64,000 bases of DNA from Verrucomicrobiota bacterium (GTDB lineage: Bacteria; Verrucomicrobiota; Verrucomicrobiia; Opitutales; Cerasicoccaceae). The DNA is taken from the NCBI GenBank assembly GCA_039818205.1, contig JBCBUK010000003.1:256001-320000 (forward strand). The letters are read 5' to 3'. Shown here one piece after another: positions 29,478-37,787 of this stretch (the stretch's first letter is position 1; every line of letters begins with the position of its first letter). The position numbers and the translations under genes are program-made. Below the pieces are notes generated by a model. The model did no database searches, was not told where the DNA came from, and saw nothing but the letters and a program-made list of their open reading frames with translations.

Positions 29478-29590
29478 ATTATGTTTCAGTTAGGTTTGGT
29501 TTGCTAGTCGTTTCGAGCTGGTTAGGCTCAATCGGACGAAAGTTTTCAAAAAACGTTCAAAAATTCAAGGATTTTCTCTAATTAATTTGA

Positions 29591-29606
29591 AGCATCTCGT
29601 ATGCCC
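29591..29606 (-). promoter_or_regulatory. Sigma-54 (-24/-12) promoter
   Basis: Minus strand GGGCATACGAGATGCT fits GG-N10-GC, about 115 bp before the ATG; palindrome TTACC-ATC-GGTAA at 29660-29672 upstream. Confidence 0.55.
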
Positions 29607-29682
29607 GATTTTTAAAAACCCTTTCATGACTGTAACATACGCAAAATGTCGCCAAATTATTACCATCGGTAACTGATCCATT

Positions 29683-30102
29683 ATGGAAGATGAAAAAAAA
29701 TGTTCACCGGGGTCTCGAGCGTTCCCGTTTCTAGTTGGTTCACTCTTCGCCTTTGTCGGTGTTTGCCTCGGTGCATTTGGTGCTCACGCGCTAAAAGCTA
29801 AGCTGGTAGCGGCCGGCACGCTGGCTGCCTGGGAGACCGCCGTGGAGTATCAGTTCTGGCATGCTTTGGCTCTCATTGCGCTCGCCTTTCGCCCAGTGGG
29901 GTGGGAGTCGAAGGGAATCGATTGGGCGGTGCGGCTGTTTATTGTCGGGGTGGTCTTATTCAGCGGATCGATCTATTTACTCGCATTGAAAGTCGCCCCG
30001 TGGCTGGGGCCGGTTACACCGATTGGCGGAATTTGTCTGCTGATCGCGTGGGGAATTTTGGTTGTATTCGCTGGTAAAAGGTTGAAACAGCCCGCGGGAT
30101 AG
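29683..30102 (+). CDS. DUF423 (YgdD/TMEM256) membrane protein
   Basis: LGAFGAHAL, TAVEYQFWH, LFSGSIY, GPVTPIGG. Confidence 0.92.
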   Translation: MEDEKKCSPGSRAFPFLVGSLFAFVGVCLGAFGAHALKAKLVAAGTLAAWETAVEYQFWHALALIALAFRPVGWESKGIDWAVRLFIVGVVLFSGSIYLLALKVAPWLGPVTPIGGICLLIAWGILVVFAGKRLKQPAG

Positions 30103-30176
30103 TGCTTGGTTTTTCGTTGCTGGCATATTAACCTCCTAAAATCAGGCATCAGCCACATCACTTAGAGACAACAATC

Positions 30177-31148
30177 ATGAGCACGCAAACTGCCACTAAC
30201 CAACTCGAGTCCCTCAAGCAGTTCACGACTGTCGTCGCCGACACCGGCGATTTCCAGTCGATGAAGGAATACCAGCCGCAGGACGCGACCACTAATCCTT
30301 CGTTGATTTACTCCGCGGTTGAAATGCCGGAGTATGCATCGATTTTTGAAAAAGCAATCGCCGACAACAAAGGCTCTTCCCTGAGTGGAGAGGCGTTATA
30401 CCGCCAGGTGATGATTGACCTCCTGGTTGCCTTCGGTTCCGAGATTCTCAAAATCGTTCCCGGCCGTGTTTCGACTGAGGTTGACGCCCGCTTGTCCTTC
30501 GACATCGCTGGTAGCGTTGATCTCGCCAAGGAAATTATTGCGCTTTACGAGAAGAATGGCATCTCCCGCGACCGCATCCTCATCAAGCTCGCCACGACCT
30601 GGGAAGGTATTAAAGCAGCTGAGGAATTGAAGAAGGACGGCATCAACTGTAATATGACGCTGCTTTTCTCGATGGCCCAAGCCATTGGTGCTGCAGATGT
30701 GGGTGCACAGCTGATTTCTCCGTTCGTTGGTCGTATCCTTGACTGGTACAAAGCAAGCACCGGCAAGGATTATGTTGGCGCTGACGATCCAGGCGTTCAA
30801 TCGGTTCAGCAGATTTACACCTACTATAAGAAGTTCGGTTACGCGACCGAGGTTATGGGAGCGAGCTTCCGCAACACCGGTGAAATTATCGAACTCGCCG
30901 GTTGCGATCTTCTTACCATCAGCCCAAAGCTGCTCGGTCAGTTGGCAGCAACTGAGGGAACACTTGATGTGAAGCTGAGTGCTGAAGCCTCTAAGGAAGC
31001 CGATATCGAGAAGATCGATATGGACGAAAAGACCTTCCGCTGGATGCTGAACGAAGACCAAATGGCAACGGAAAAGCTGGCTGACGGCATCCGCCGCTTT
31101 GGTGTCGATATCGTTAAGCTCGAAGAAAAGATCATCGCGGCCCTGTAG
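30177..31148 (+). CDS. tal: Transaldolase
   Basis: [46 protein letters not shown]. Confidence 0.98.
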   Translation: MSTQTATNQLESLKQFTTVVADTGDFQSMKEYQPQDATTNPSLIYSAVEMPEYASIFEKAIADNKGSSLSGEALYRQVMIDLLVAFGSEILKIVPGRVSTEVDARLSFDIAGSVDLAKEIIALYEKNGISRDRILIKLATTWEGIKAAEELKKDGINCNMTLLFSMAQAIGAADVGAQLISPFVGRILDWYKASTGKDYVGADDPGVQSVQQIYTYYKKFGYATEVMGASFRNTGEIIELAGCDLLTISPKLLGQLAATEGTLDVKLSAEASKEADIEKIDMDEKTFRWMLNEDQMATEKLADGIRRFGVDIVKLEEKIIAAL

Positions 31149-31171
31149 TTCGCTCGCGATCGAAGACTTTC

Positions 31172-31201
31172 AAATCCCGGGTTTCTGCCCGGGATTTTTT
31201 G
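31172..31201 (+). terminator. Terminator between convergent tal and nspC (possibly bidirectional)
   Basis: AAATCCCGGG-TTTCTG-CCCGGGATTT followed by a T run. Confidence 0.85.
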
Positions 31202-31204
31202 TGC

Positions 31205-32422
31205 TTAGCTTAAGCGGTCGGCAAAGTCCCGATAGCCAAAATTTCGCAATACGCGGAGACCCTCGGATTGGCAGAAGGTCGCCAACGCGGGTAGTGGGAC
31301 GCCATTGAAGGTCGTTGTTTTGACCATGGTGTAGTGAGCCATGTCCAAAAAGACCAGTCGCTGCCCGACGGTGAGCGGTTCCGCAAAGCTATAGTCCCCG
31401 ATGATATCTCCCGCCAGGCAACTTGGGCCACCCAGCCGATAAAGGTGCGGGTTCTCACTGGGCTCGCCTGCGTCCAATACGTTTGGCCGGTAGGGCATTT
31501 CGAGCACGTCAGGCATGTGGCAAGTCGCAGATATGTCCAGGATCGCGTTGCTCACGCCGCCTGCCTCAAGAATATCCAAAACGGTACCGACAAGCACGCC
31601 GGTATGGAGGGCGACGGCCTCGCCGGGTTCCAAATAGACCTGAACTTGGTAGCGAGATTGAACGTCTTTGATGATGCGACAAAGGCGGTCGATGTCATAG
31701 CCGGGGCGAGTAATGTGGTGCCCACCGCCGAAATTGATCCACTTAATAGGGATGCTGGTAAGCAGGTCATCGAACTTCTCGATGAACGCATCGACGACTC
31801 CCTCAAGCGCATCCGCGTCTTGCTCGCAGAGTGCGTGGAAATGAAAGCCGTCGAGACCGGATAGATCCTCGACGCCAGCGACCTGCATTTGGCGATCGAG
31901 TTCGGTTCGCGTAATTCCCAGGCGCGAGCATGGCGAGGCAGGATTATAGAGGTCAGTATCGACCTCAGAATATTCCGGATTTACCCGAATGCCGATCTCG
32001 GGGTTGTGAGGCGTCGCTTCAATCTTTGGTTCAAATCGTTTCCATTGTTGCAGCGAATTGAAGATCAGCGTGTGAGCGAAGGGAAGTAGCCGCTCGATCT
32101 CCGCAGCCTTGTAAGCAGCCGCATAGACGTGGACTTCCTTGCCAAAATACTCTTGGGCTAGGAGAGCTTCGTGGAGCCCGCTTGCCGTTGTGCCGTCCAG
32201 GTATTTTGCCACAAGCGGATAGGTGCCATGCATCGAGAATCCCTTTTGAGCGAGGAGGATTTTCGCCCCAGTCCGCTCACGAACCGAAGCCAGGATTTGG
32301 CAGTTTTCGGCAAGGCGATCCAACTGGACGATGTAGCAGGGAGAGGGCGATTCCTGAACGGGAATGCTCCGAAGTGTGGATAGGCGCTCGGGCGTTAAGG
32401 GTGGGGTTGGGTCCTGCGACAT
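31205..32422 (-). CDS. nspC: Carboxynorspermidine/carboxyspermidine decarboxylase
   Basis: LAQKGFS, TTASGLHE, FHFHALCE, GGGHHIT, EPGEA, HMPDVLEMPY, HYTMVKTTTFNG. Confidence 0.95.
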   Translation of the reverse strand: MSQDPTPPLTPERLSTLRSIPVQESPSPCYIVQLDRLAENCQILASVRERTGAKILLAQKGFSMHGTYPLVAKYLDGTTASGLHEALLAQEYFGKEVHVYAAAYKAAEIERLLPFAHTLIFNSLQQWKRFEPKIEATPHNPEIGIRVNPEYSEVDTDLYNPASPCSRLGITRTELDRQMQVAGVEDLSGLDGFHFHALCEQDADALEGVVDAFIEKFDDLLTSIPIKWINFGGGHHITRPGYDIDRLCRIIKDVQSRYQVQVYLEPGEAVALHTGVLVGTVLDILEAGGVSNAILDISATCHMPDVLEMPYRPNVLDAGEPSENPHLYRLGGPSCLAGDIIGDYSFAEPLTVGQRLVFLDMAHYTMVKTTTFNGVPLPALATFCQSEGLRVLRNFGYRDFADRLS

Positions 32423-32474
32423 TGTTTCGATTGAACGGCCTTCCAGCTCGATAGGGCAAGCGGATTCGATTGGG

Positions 32475-33554
32475 CTATTTCTTTCTCAGCAGCACCCCGA
32501 CGGAGATGTAGCGAAGGGTGTAGCGTTCGGGATCCTCAATCATGCGCTCGACTTGGCGTTGGAAGAGTCGATCCGTGATTGCAGCCCGGTCTAGGTCTTT
32601 CGGCAATTTTGACTGGATGGCGGGTTCACTATATGCGCGAACGAAGTTCGAGAATTTGTGTGCCCAGGTTACTACGTCGCCAGTCTTCTTAAACTCTAGA
32701 TTGAAGGCGATGGGCGACTCTATTGTTTCCGCTGAGACGATTTCAAACGAATCCCTCAGATACGCATCCTCTTTGAGTGGCGCGACGAAATCTTCCAGGT
32801 CTCGAAAAATGGTTGGATAGATGAGATAATCGTAGGCCTCGCGGGTGAGCACACCCTCGTTCACGAGGTCGACAAAGCTGTCGTTGAGGGAATCGAAGGA
32901 TCCGTGCGCCGTGGAGTTCTCGCCGAGACGCCCAAATGTCTGCGCCAGGAGGAAGCCTCCCGGTTTGAGCTCCTGGGCACGGGCCGTGAAGAAATCGCGG
33001 AGATCCTGCTGGCCAATCGCTTGAACGGGCTTCAAGTCTTCGGGATGGACCGGCTCGCCGCGCCCCTTTGCGTAAGGTGATGGTGTGTCCGAAATGATGG
33101 TTCCGCGGAGGCGAGTGTCTGGCACATGGGAGAGCCATCCAAGCATGTTGAACGTTGTTACGACGTCGACTGATTCATCAGGCACGAGCCGCCCGTAGGC
33201 CGAACCAGCAGTGGCTGTTGGGTAGACATTGCCACCGTCGAAAACGCATTTGCCGTTGGGAAATAGGTTCAGGAAGACCTGGGTGAAATCGTTGCCGGGC
33301 AGGTCGCAGAGTATCGGCTGAATCGGTCGATCCGTCAGGCAGCGTACTTGATTTATTATCCGCGTTTGGGCGACAATCGCGTTGCCTCCTTCCGAGGATC
33401 CTACGTCCATCAAACGAATGGGACCCGAGGAATCGACAGGCAAATCGGGTAGCGAGGATTCGAGAATTGGCAAGAAGCTGAGCAGTGCATCTCGTTGGGG
33501 TGATGAATTGGCGTTATAAAACCCGCCTCCGATCATGTGTATTTCGTTCGACAT
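32475..33554 (-). CDS. SABATH-type (Methyltransf_7) SAM-dependent carboxyl/N-methyltransferase
   Basis: MIGGGFYNANSSPQ, LMDVGSSEGGNA, DLPGNDFTQVF, GSAYGRLVP, GWLS, RAQELKPGG. Confidence 0.85.
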   Translation of the reverse strand: MSNEIHMIGGGFYNANSSPQRDALLSFLPILESSLPDLPVDSSGPIRLMDVGSSEGGNAIVAQTRIINQVRCLTDRPIQPILCDLPGNDFTQVFLNLFPNGKCVFDGGNVYPTATAGSAYGRLVPDESVDVVTTFNMLGWLSHVPDTRLRGTIISDTPSPYAKGRGEPVHPEDLKPVQAIGQQDLRDFFTARAQELKPGGFLLAQTFGRLGENSTAHGSFDSLNDSFVDLVNEGVLTREAYDYLIYPTIFRDLEDFVAPLKEDAYLRDSFEIVSAETIESPIAFNLEFKKTGDVVTWAHKFSNFVRAYSEPAIQSKLPKDLDRAAITDRLFQRQVERMIEDPERYTLRYISVGVLLRKK

Positions 33555-33570
33555 CGTGGGTAATTCCGAG

Positions 33571-34194
33571 CTACTTCAGGACCTGCCACTGTAGAAGGAT
33601 TTCTCGAATCTCTTCGATTCTATCGCGGTTGCTACCGAAATCGTTAATTCCGACCCGCGACGAGGAGAATACCTCGATTCTTTCGGGATTCGATCGGGCC
33701 TGAAAAATGACGTCGTCCTGGTATTTTAGGAGTGATGTTTCGGCGACTGCTTGAATCTGTCCATCCGTAACGCGGATTCTGAGGTATTGCGGATTGCGTT
33801 CTAGCAACTCAAGAAGCTTCGTCAGTGCGTAGTCGGCTTTTCCTCGGCAGATGAATGGCGCAATGTAGGCTTCCGAAGATTCCGGTGCTTCGCTGCTAAC
33901 CATGGGTGGAGCGGCCTTCACTTCTGGCAATTGGGTTGTGTCTTCCCAATGCAAATCTCCTTTGTTCCGAGACTGCCAGGTGGTAACCGTTGTGATGGTC
34001 CCAGCGATGCAGACGAGCACGATTATATATAAGATGATCTTGCCCGTCGGGCTCATCCGCTTGGTCACTGGCGGCACGGAGACTAGGCCGTCGATATCAT
34101 CCTTCAAGATCTCTAAGGGGCTGCGATCTGATTGCGTTTTTTTTGATGAACGATGCCGGTTTTTGGATCTGGAGGAGGAACGGGAGGAGCTCAT
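33571..34194 (-). CDS. DUF1499-family protein with one TM helix
   Basis: PPMVSS...YIAPF, LLKYQDDVIF, SSSRVGINDFGSNRDRIE. Confidence 0.8.
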   Translation of the reverse strand: MSSSRSSSRSKNRHRSSKKTQSDRSPLEILKDDIDGLVSVPPVTKRMSPTGKIILYIIVLVCIAGTITTVTTWQSRNKGDLHWEDTTQLPEVKAAPPMVSSEAPESSEAYIAPFICRGKADYALTKLLELLERNPQYLRIRVTDGQIQAVAETSLLKYQDDVIFQARSNPERIEVFSSSRVGINDFGSNRDRIEEIREILLQWQVLK

Positions 34195-34290
34195 TGACGA
34201 AATTGCGGAGGCGTAAGGGGGAAACTGGATAAAAATAATTTTATAGGTGGCGGTGGCAAGTTGCTACTTTTCGATCGAATCGTCTGGGAG

Positions 34291-34657
34291 TTATTCGCTC
34301 CAGAAAAAGCCGATCACGTAACCATCTGGGTCAGAAATATAGATTTCCTTTCCATATGGCATTGTTCTGAGGGGCTGAACAATCTCAATTTCTTTTTCGC
34401 AGATCGCTTGGTAAACCCTCGTCGATATCCAGAACGCCGAAAGTATTGTCCAAGTGCTGGTTATCTCTCTTGAATTTCCGTTCGGCGAGCGACACGTCAC
34501 CCGATTTCAGATGGATGGAATGACCAGTGCAGATCACCCCAGCATGTAAGTCCTGATATTGGATATTTAGTTCGCATCCGAGCGCTTCCGTGCAGAACCG
34601 TATCGAAGCATCAATATCTGAAACAACAAACTGAGGGCTCATACGGTCCAGGTTCAT
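34291..34657 (-). pseudogene. VOC/glyoxalase-bleomycin-resistance family gene, frameshifted
   Basis: N-half MNLDRMSPQFVVSDIDASIRF...FGVLDIDE continues in another frame as VYQAICEKEIEIVQPLRTMPYGKEIYISDPDGYVIGF; one extra base in the G run at 34416-34418. Confidence 0.8.
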
Positions 34658-34706
34658 TACGATTTCTGGATTCATGCGCATACGGAAAAATACCACGTTT
34701 TGGCAG

Positions 34707-35903
34707 TTAGTCTAGCGGTAGGTCAATCACCTGCCAGGGGAGACCCCTCAAGTTTAATTGCTCCATAAATGGGTCGGGGTCGAGCTGCTCCATGTTCCAA
34801 ACGCCGTCTTTACGCCATTTGCCGGTTAGAATCATCATGCCGCCGATCATAGCGGGCACGCCCGTGGTGTAGCTAATCGCTTGGCTCGAAACCTCCTTGT
34901 AGCACTCTTCGTGGTCGCAGGAATTGTAGATGAATACGCGCTTTTTCTTACCATCTTTGGTTCCAACTATGTCGCAGCCGATACACGTCTTACCCTTGGT
35001 GCGCGGACCTAGGGAGGCGGGATCTGGCAGAACCTCCCGCAGGAATTCGATCGGAGCAATCGATTGGCCCTTGAAATCGATCGGCTCGATCGCGGTCATC
35101 CCCACGTTTTGCAGGACGTTCAGATGGGTCAGGTATTTTTGTGAGAAGGTCATCCAGAAACGAATGCGTTTTAGGCCCTTGATGTTCTGGCAAAGGGATT
35201 CGAGCTCCTCATGGTAGAGTAGGTAGGCGTCTTGAGGCCCAACAACTGGGAAGTCGTAAACCTGCTTTATGCTCATAGCCTCAATTTCTTTCCATTCACC
35301 TTGTTCCCAGTAGCGACCATTTTGAGTAATCTCCCGGATGTTGATCTCTGGATTAAAGTTGGTGGCAAAGGGATAGCCGTGGTCACCCGCGTTGGCGTCG
35401 AGGATGTCGATTGTCTCGATCTCATCGAATAGATGCTTCTGGGCGTAGGCGCAAAAAACGTTGGTCACACCGGGGTCAAATCCGCTCCCGAGCAGGGCCA
35501 TGCGATTTGCCGACTGGTAGCGCTCCTGATAAGCCCACTGCCATTTGTATTCGAATTTTGCCTCATTGGGCGGCTCGTAGTTGGCGGTGTCAAGGTAGTC
35601 GACTCCAGCGGCAAGGCAGGCATCCATGAGCGGCAGGTCCTGATAGGGCAGGGCAACATTGAGCACCAGGTCCGGCTTCTCGGTATTCAAAAACTCCGTT
35701 GTCACCGCGACGTCATCGGCATCAATTGCCGCGACTCGAATCTCGCGACCCTGCTTGGCCAGGATATCGGCAGCAATGGCTTCACACTTAGAAAGCGTGC
35801 GAGATGCCAGCACGATTTCCGAGAAAACCTCAGGGACCTGAGCGCACTTATGGGCGACGACGTTACCGACACCTCCTGCTCCTACAATAATGACTTTTGC
35901 CAT
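34707..35903 (-). CDS. Carboxynorspermidine/carboxyspermidine dehydrogenase (saccharopine dehydrogenase family)
   Basis: VGAGGVG, ALPYQDL, YLDTANYEP, GFDPGVT, FATNFNPEINIRE, SYTTGVPA; nspC nearby. Confidence 0.93.
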   Translation of the reverse strand: MAKVIIVGAGGVGNVVAHKCAQVPEVFSEIVLASRTLSKCEAIAADILAKQGREIRVAAIDADDVAVTTEFLNTEKPDLVLNVALPYQDLPLMDACLAAGVDYLDTANYEPPNEAKFEYKWQWAYQERYQSANRMALLGSGFDPGVTNVFCAYAQKHLFDEIETIDILDANAGDHGYPFATNFNPEINIREITQNGRYWEQGEWKEIEAMSIKQVYDFPVVGPQDAYLLYHEELESLCQNIKGLKRIRFWMTFSQKYLTHLNVLQNVGMTAIEPIDFKGQSIAPIEFLREVLPDPASLGPRTKGKTCIGCDIVGTKDGKKKRVFIYNSCDHEECYKEVSSQAISYTTGVPAMIGGMMILTGKWRKDGVWNMEQLDPDPFMEQLNLRGLPWQVIDLPLD

Positions 35904-36081
35904 GGAGTCAGTCAGTTCAATTCGCGGAACAGTTCAAGGAAATCTTGCCCCGCATTTTATTGAGGCACGGAATCGATCATCGAGCTACTGAGGGCAAGTG
36001 GGCTTCATCATGCGGCGCTTTTCTTGGCCACACTGGGGAATGAAATTGATGGCAACGCCCGCGACTGAGCGTCCACCGGGG

Positions 36082-37587
36082 CTACTTGGTTTCAGCGGTG
36101 CTGGCCGGTTCCGAATTCTCGCTCCAGAGATTCTTCTCCTTGATGATTTCGACAACGGCGTCTGGGACCGCCTCCTCCCATGAGGGGTCGCCATTCTGCA
36201 ACCGCCGCATCACTTCGCGAGAGAAGATGTTTAAGTAGTCCTTGTTGGCTCCAAGCACCGGCATCAGAAAATGGTTTTCCAACAAGTACGCATACAAGTG
36301 GCGCAGGTGGTTTTTGACGCGGAGATTATCGGCAGTGATGAGCATTTTGCTTTCGAAACTAGGCGATGTTCCTTGGCGCTTATCACCGCTGCCGCCGAAA
36401 TACTCGTGGTAGCCGGAGCCCATCATTGGATAGACGTAGAGCTTCACCTTCTCTTTGAATAAGCGCCCGAAGGATTCCAGAATGCCCCCTTCAAGGTGCT
36501 GGTAGTACTCTTCGTTGAAAATGGCCTGTAGGTGGTTTATGCCAAGCACAAGCCCGACCATGCGATCGGTATACTGGCGGAAATATGCCGAGAGCCGATA
36601 ATACTCTTGGTAATTGGATACCAGCACCGGATAGCCCAGCGTATTGATCGTATGAACCCGCGCGAGAAAATCGTCGTAGTCGATGTCTTGTCCCTTCCCG
36701 AGGAGGTTCTTCATCGTGATTTCAAAGAGGGGCATAACCTGTTCGTTCTGCATCGTGTCCTCTTGAACAAACTGGCCGCCCGCAGCATTGATCATGTCCA
36801 CGTTGACGTGGGTGACTGGACGGAACGATCCACGCTCGGCCAAGATCGCTTTCTTGTAGAACGCTTCCATTGGTAGGAGGAAGCCGCCTTTGGAATTGAA
36901 CAAAACCGCGTTGGTTAGCCCATGCTCGACAAGTTTTAGGCCGACGATGGGGTTCTGGATGTTCTCGAAAGCTGGCCCAATGAACTCAAGCATGTCGACC
37001 TCGATCCGATCATCTTCTAAGTGATCAAGGAGGGAGGGAATGAACTGATCCATATCTAGTTGGTAAACCAGCGCAGCCCAAATGAAGTTCACGCCGAACA
37101 CACCAAGAGCGTCTTGTTGCGCTTGAGCGGTTTTTTCCAGGAGGCGCAGGTGGACAAGGATGTCGTGAGGCTCGCCGCCAGGAGTCAGCTGAATACGCAT
37201 TCCCATCCACCCATGGCCCGGCTTCCGGTTGGAGTAACTCGCCGTGGCCACGGTATTGGCGTATACGAAAAATGTGGTGTCCTGGCCACGGTGCTCGCCC
37301 AGCCGTTCAAGCAGGAGGTGATACTCGTGATCAAGCATCTGAACCAAGCGCTCCCGCGAAACGTACCGGGAGGCTTTTCCGTAGATCGAGTCACTAAACT
37401 TCATGTCGTAGGCCGACATGCTCTTGGCGATTGTGCCAGCCGCGCCGCCCGCTTTAAAAAAGTGCCGAGCAACCTCCTGCCCAGCACCAATTTCGGCAAA
37501 GGTTCCGTAAACATCCTGGTCCAAGTTGATCAGGAGGGCCTTGCGATTGGTGGTAAGTTCAGTCGTTGGTAGCTCCGGGTTTTTCAT
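36082..37587 (-). CDS. Conserved cytoplasmic protein, putative CinA-C-like plus nucleotidyltransferase-like domains
   Basis: YGTFAEIGAGQEVAR, GGAAGTIAKSMSAYD, RYVS; ERGSFRPVTHVN; IFSREV...WEEAVPDAVVEIIKEKNLW; no signal peptide. Confidence 0.6.
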   Translation of the reverse strand: MKNPELPTTELTTNRKALLINLDQDVYGTFAEIGAGQEVARHFFKAGGAAGTIAKSMSAYDMKFSDSIYGKASRYVSRERLVQMLDHEYHLLLERLGEHRGQDTTFFVYANTVATASYSNRKPGHGWMGMRIQLTPGGEPHDILVHLRLLEKTAQAQQDALGVFGVNFIWAALVYQLDMDQFIPSLLDHLEDDRIEVDMLEFIGPAFENIQNPIVGLKLVEHGLTNAVLFNSKGGFLLPMEAFYKKAILAERGSFRPVTHVNVDMINAAGGQFVQEDTMQNEQVMPLFEITMKNLLGKGQDIDYDDFLARVHTINTLGYPVLVSNYQEYYRLSAYFRQYTDRMVGLVLGINHLQAIFNEEYYQHLEGGILESFGRLFKEKVKLYVYPMMGSGYHEYFGGSGDKRQGTSPSFESKMLITADNLRVKNHLRHLYAYLLENHFLMPVLGANKDYLNIFSREVMRRLQNGDPSWEEAVPDAVVEIIKEKNLWSENSEPASTAETK

Positions 37588-37787
37588 GATTCCCAAAAGC
37601 TAGCAGGAATCAGACCGAGCGATCAATCGGGAATCGTCGCGATTTATGTGAACTCATTGTAGCAAAAACCGGTCAAAATACGCCGTTGGTGACTAAAATT
37701 GCACGCGAGTGTGATATTTTGACTCAATATGCGGGATGCTGTTGTTGCCAAACCGTGTGATCCCTCTACAGTTTTAATAACTGATTC

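Noticed and set aside
30121..30137. TGGCAT upstream of tal (also at 43921 and 57071) as a sigma-54 site
   Set aside because: No GC at the -12 position with 10-nt spacing
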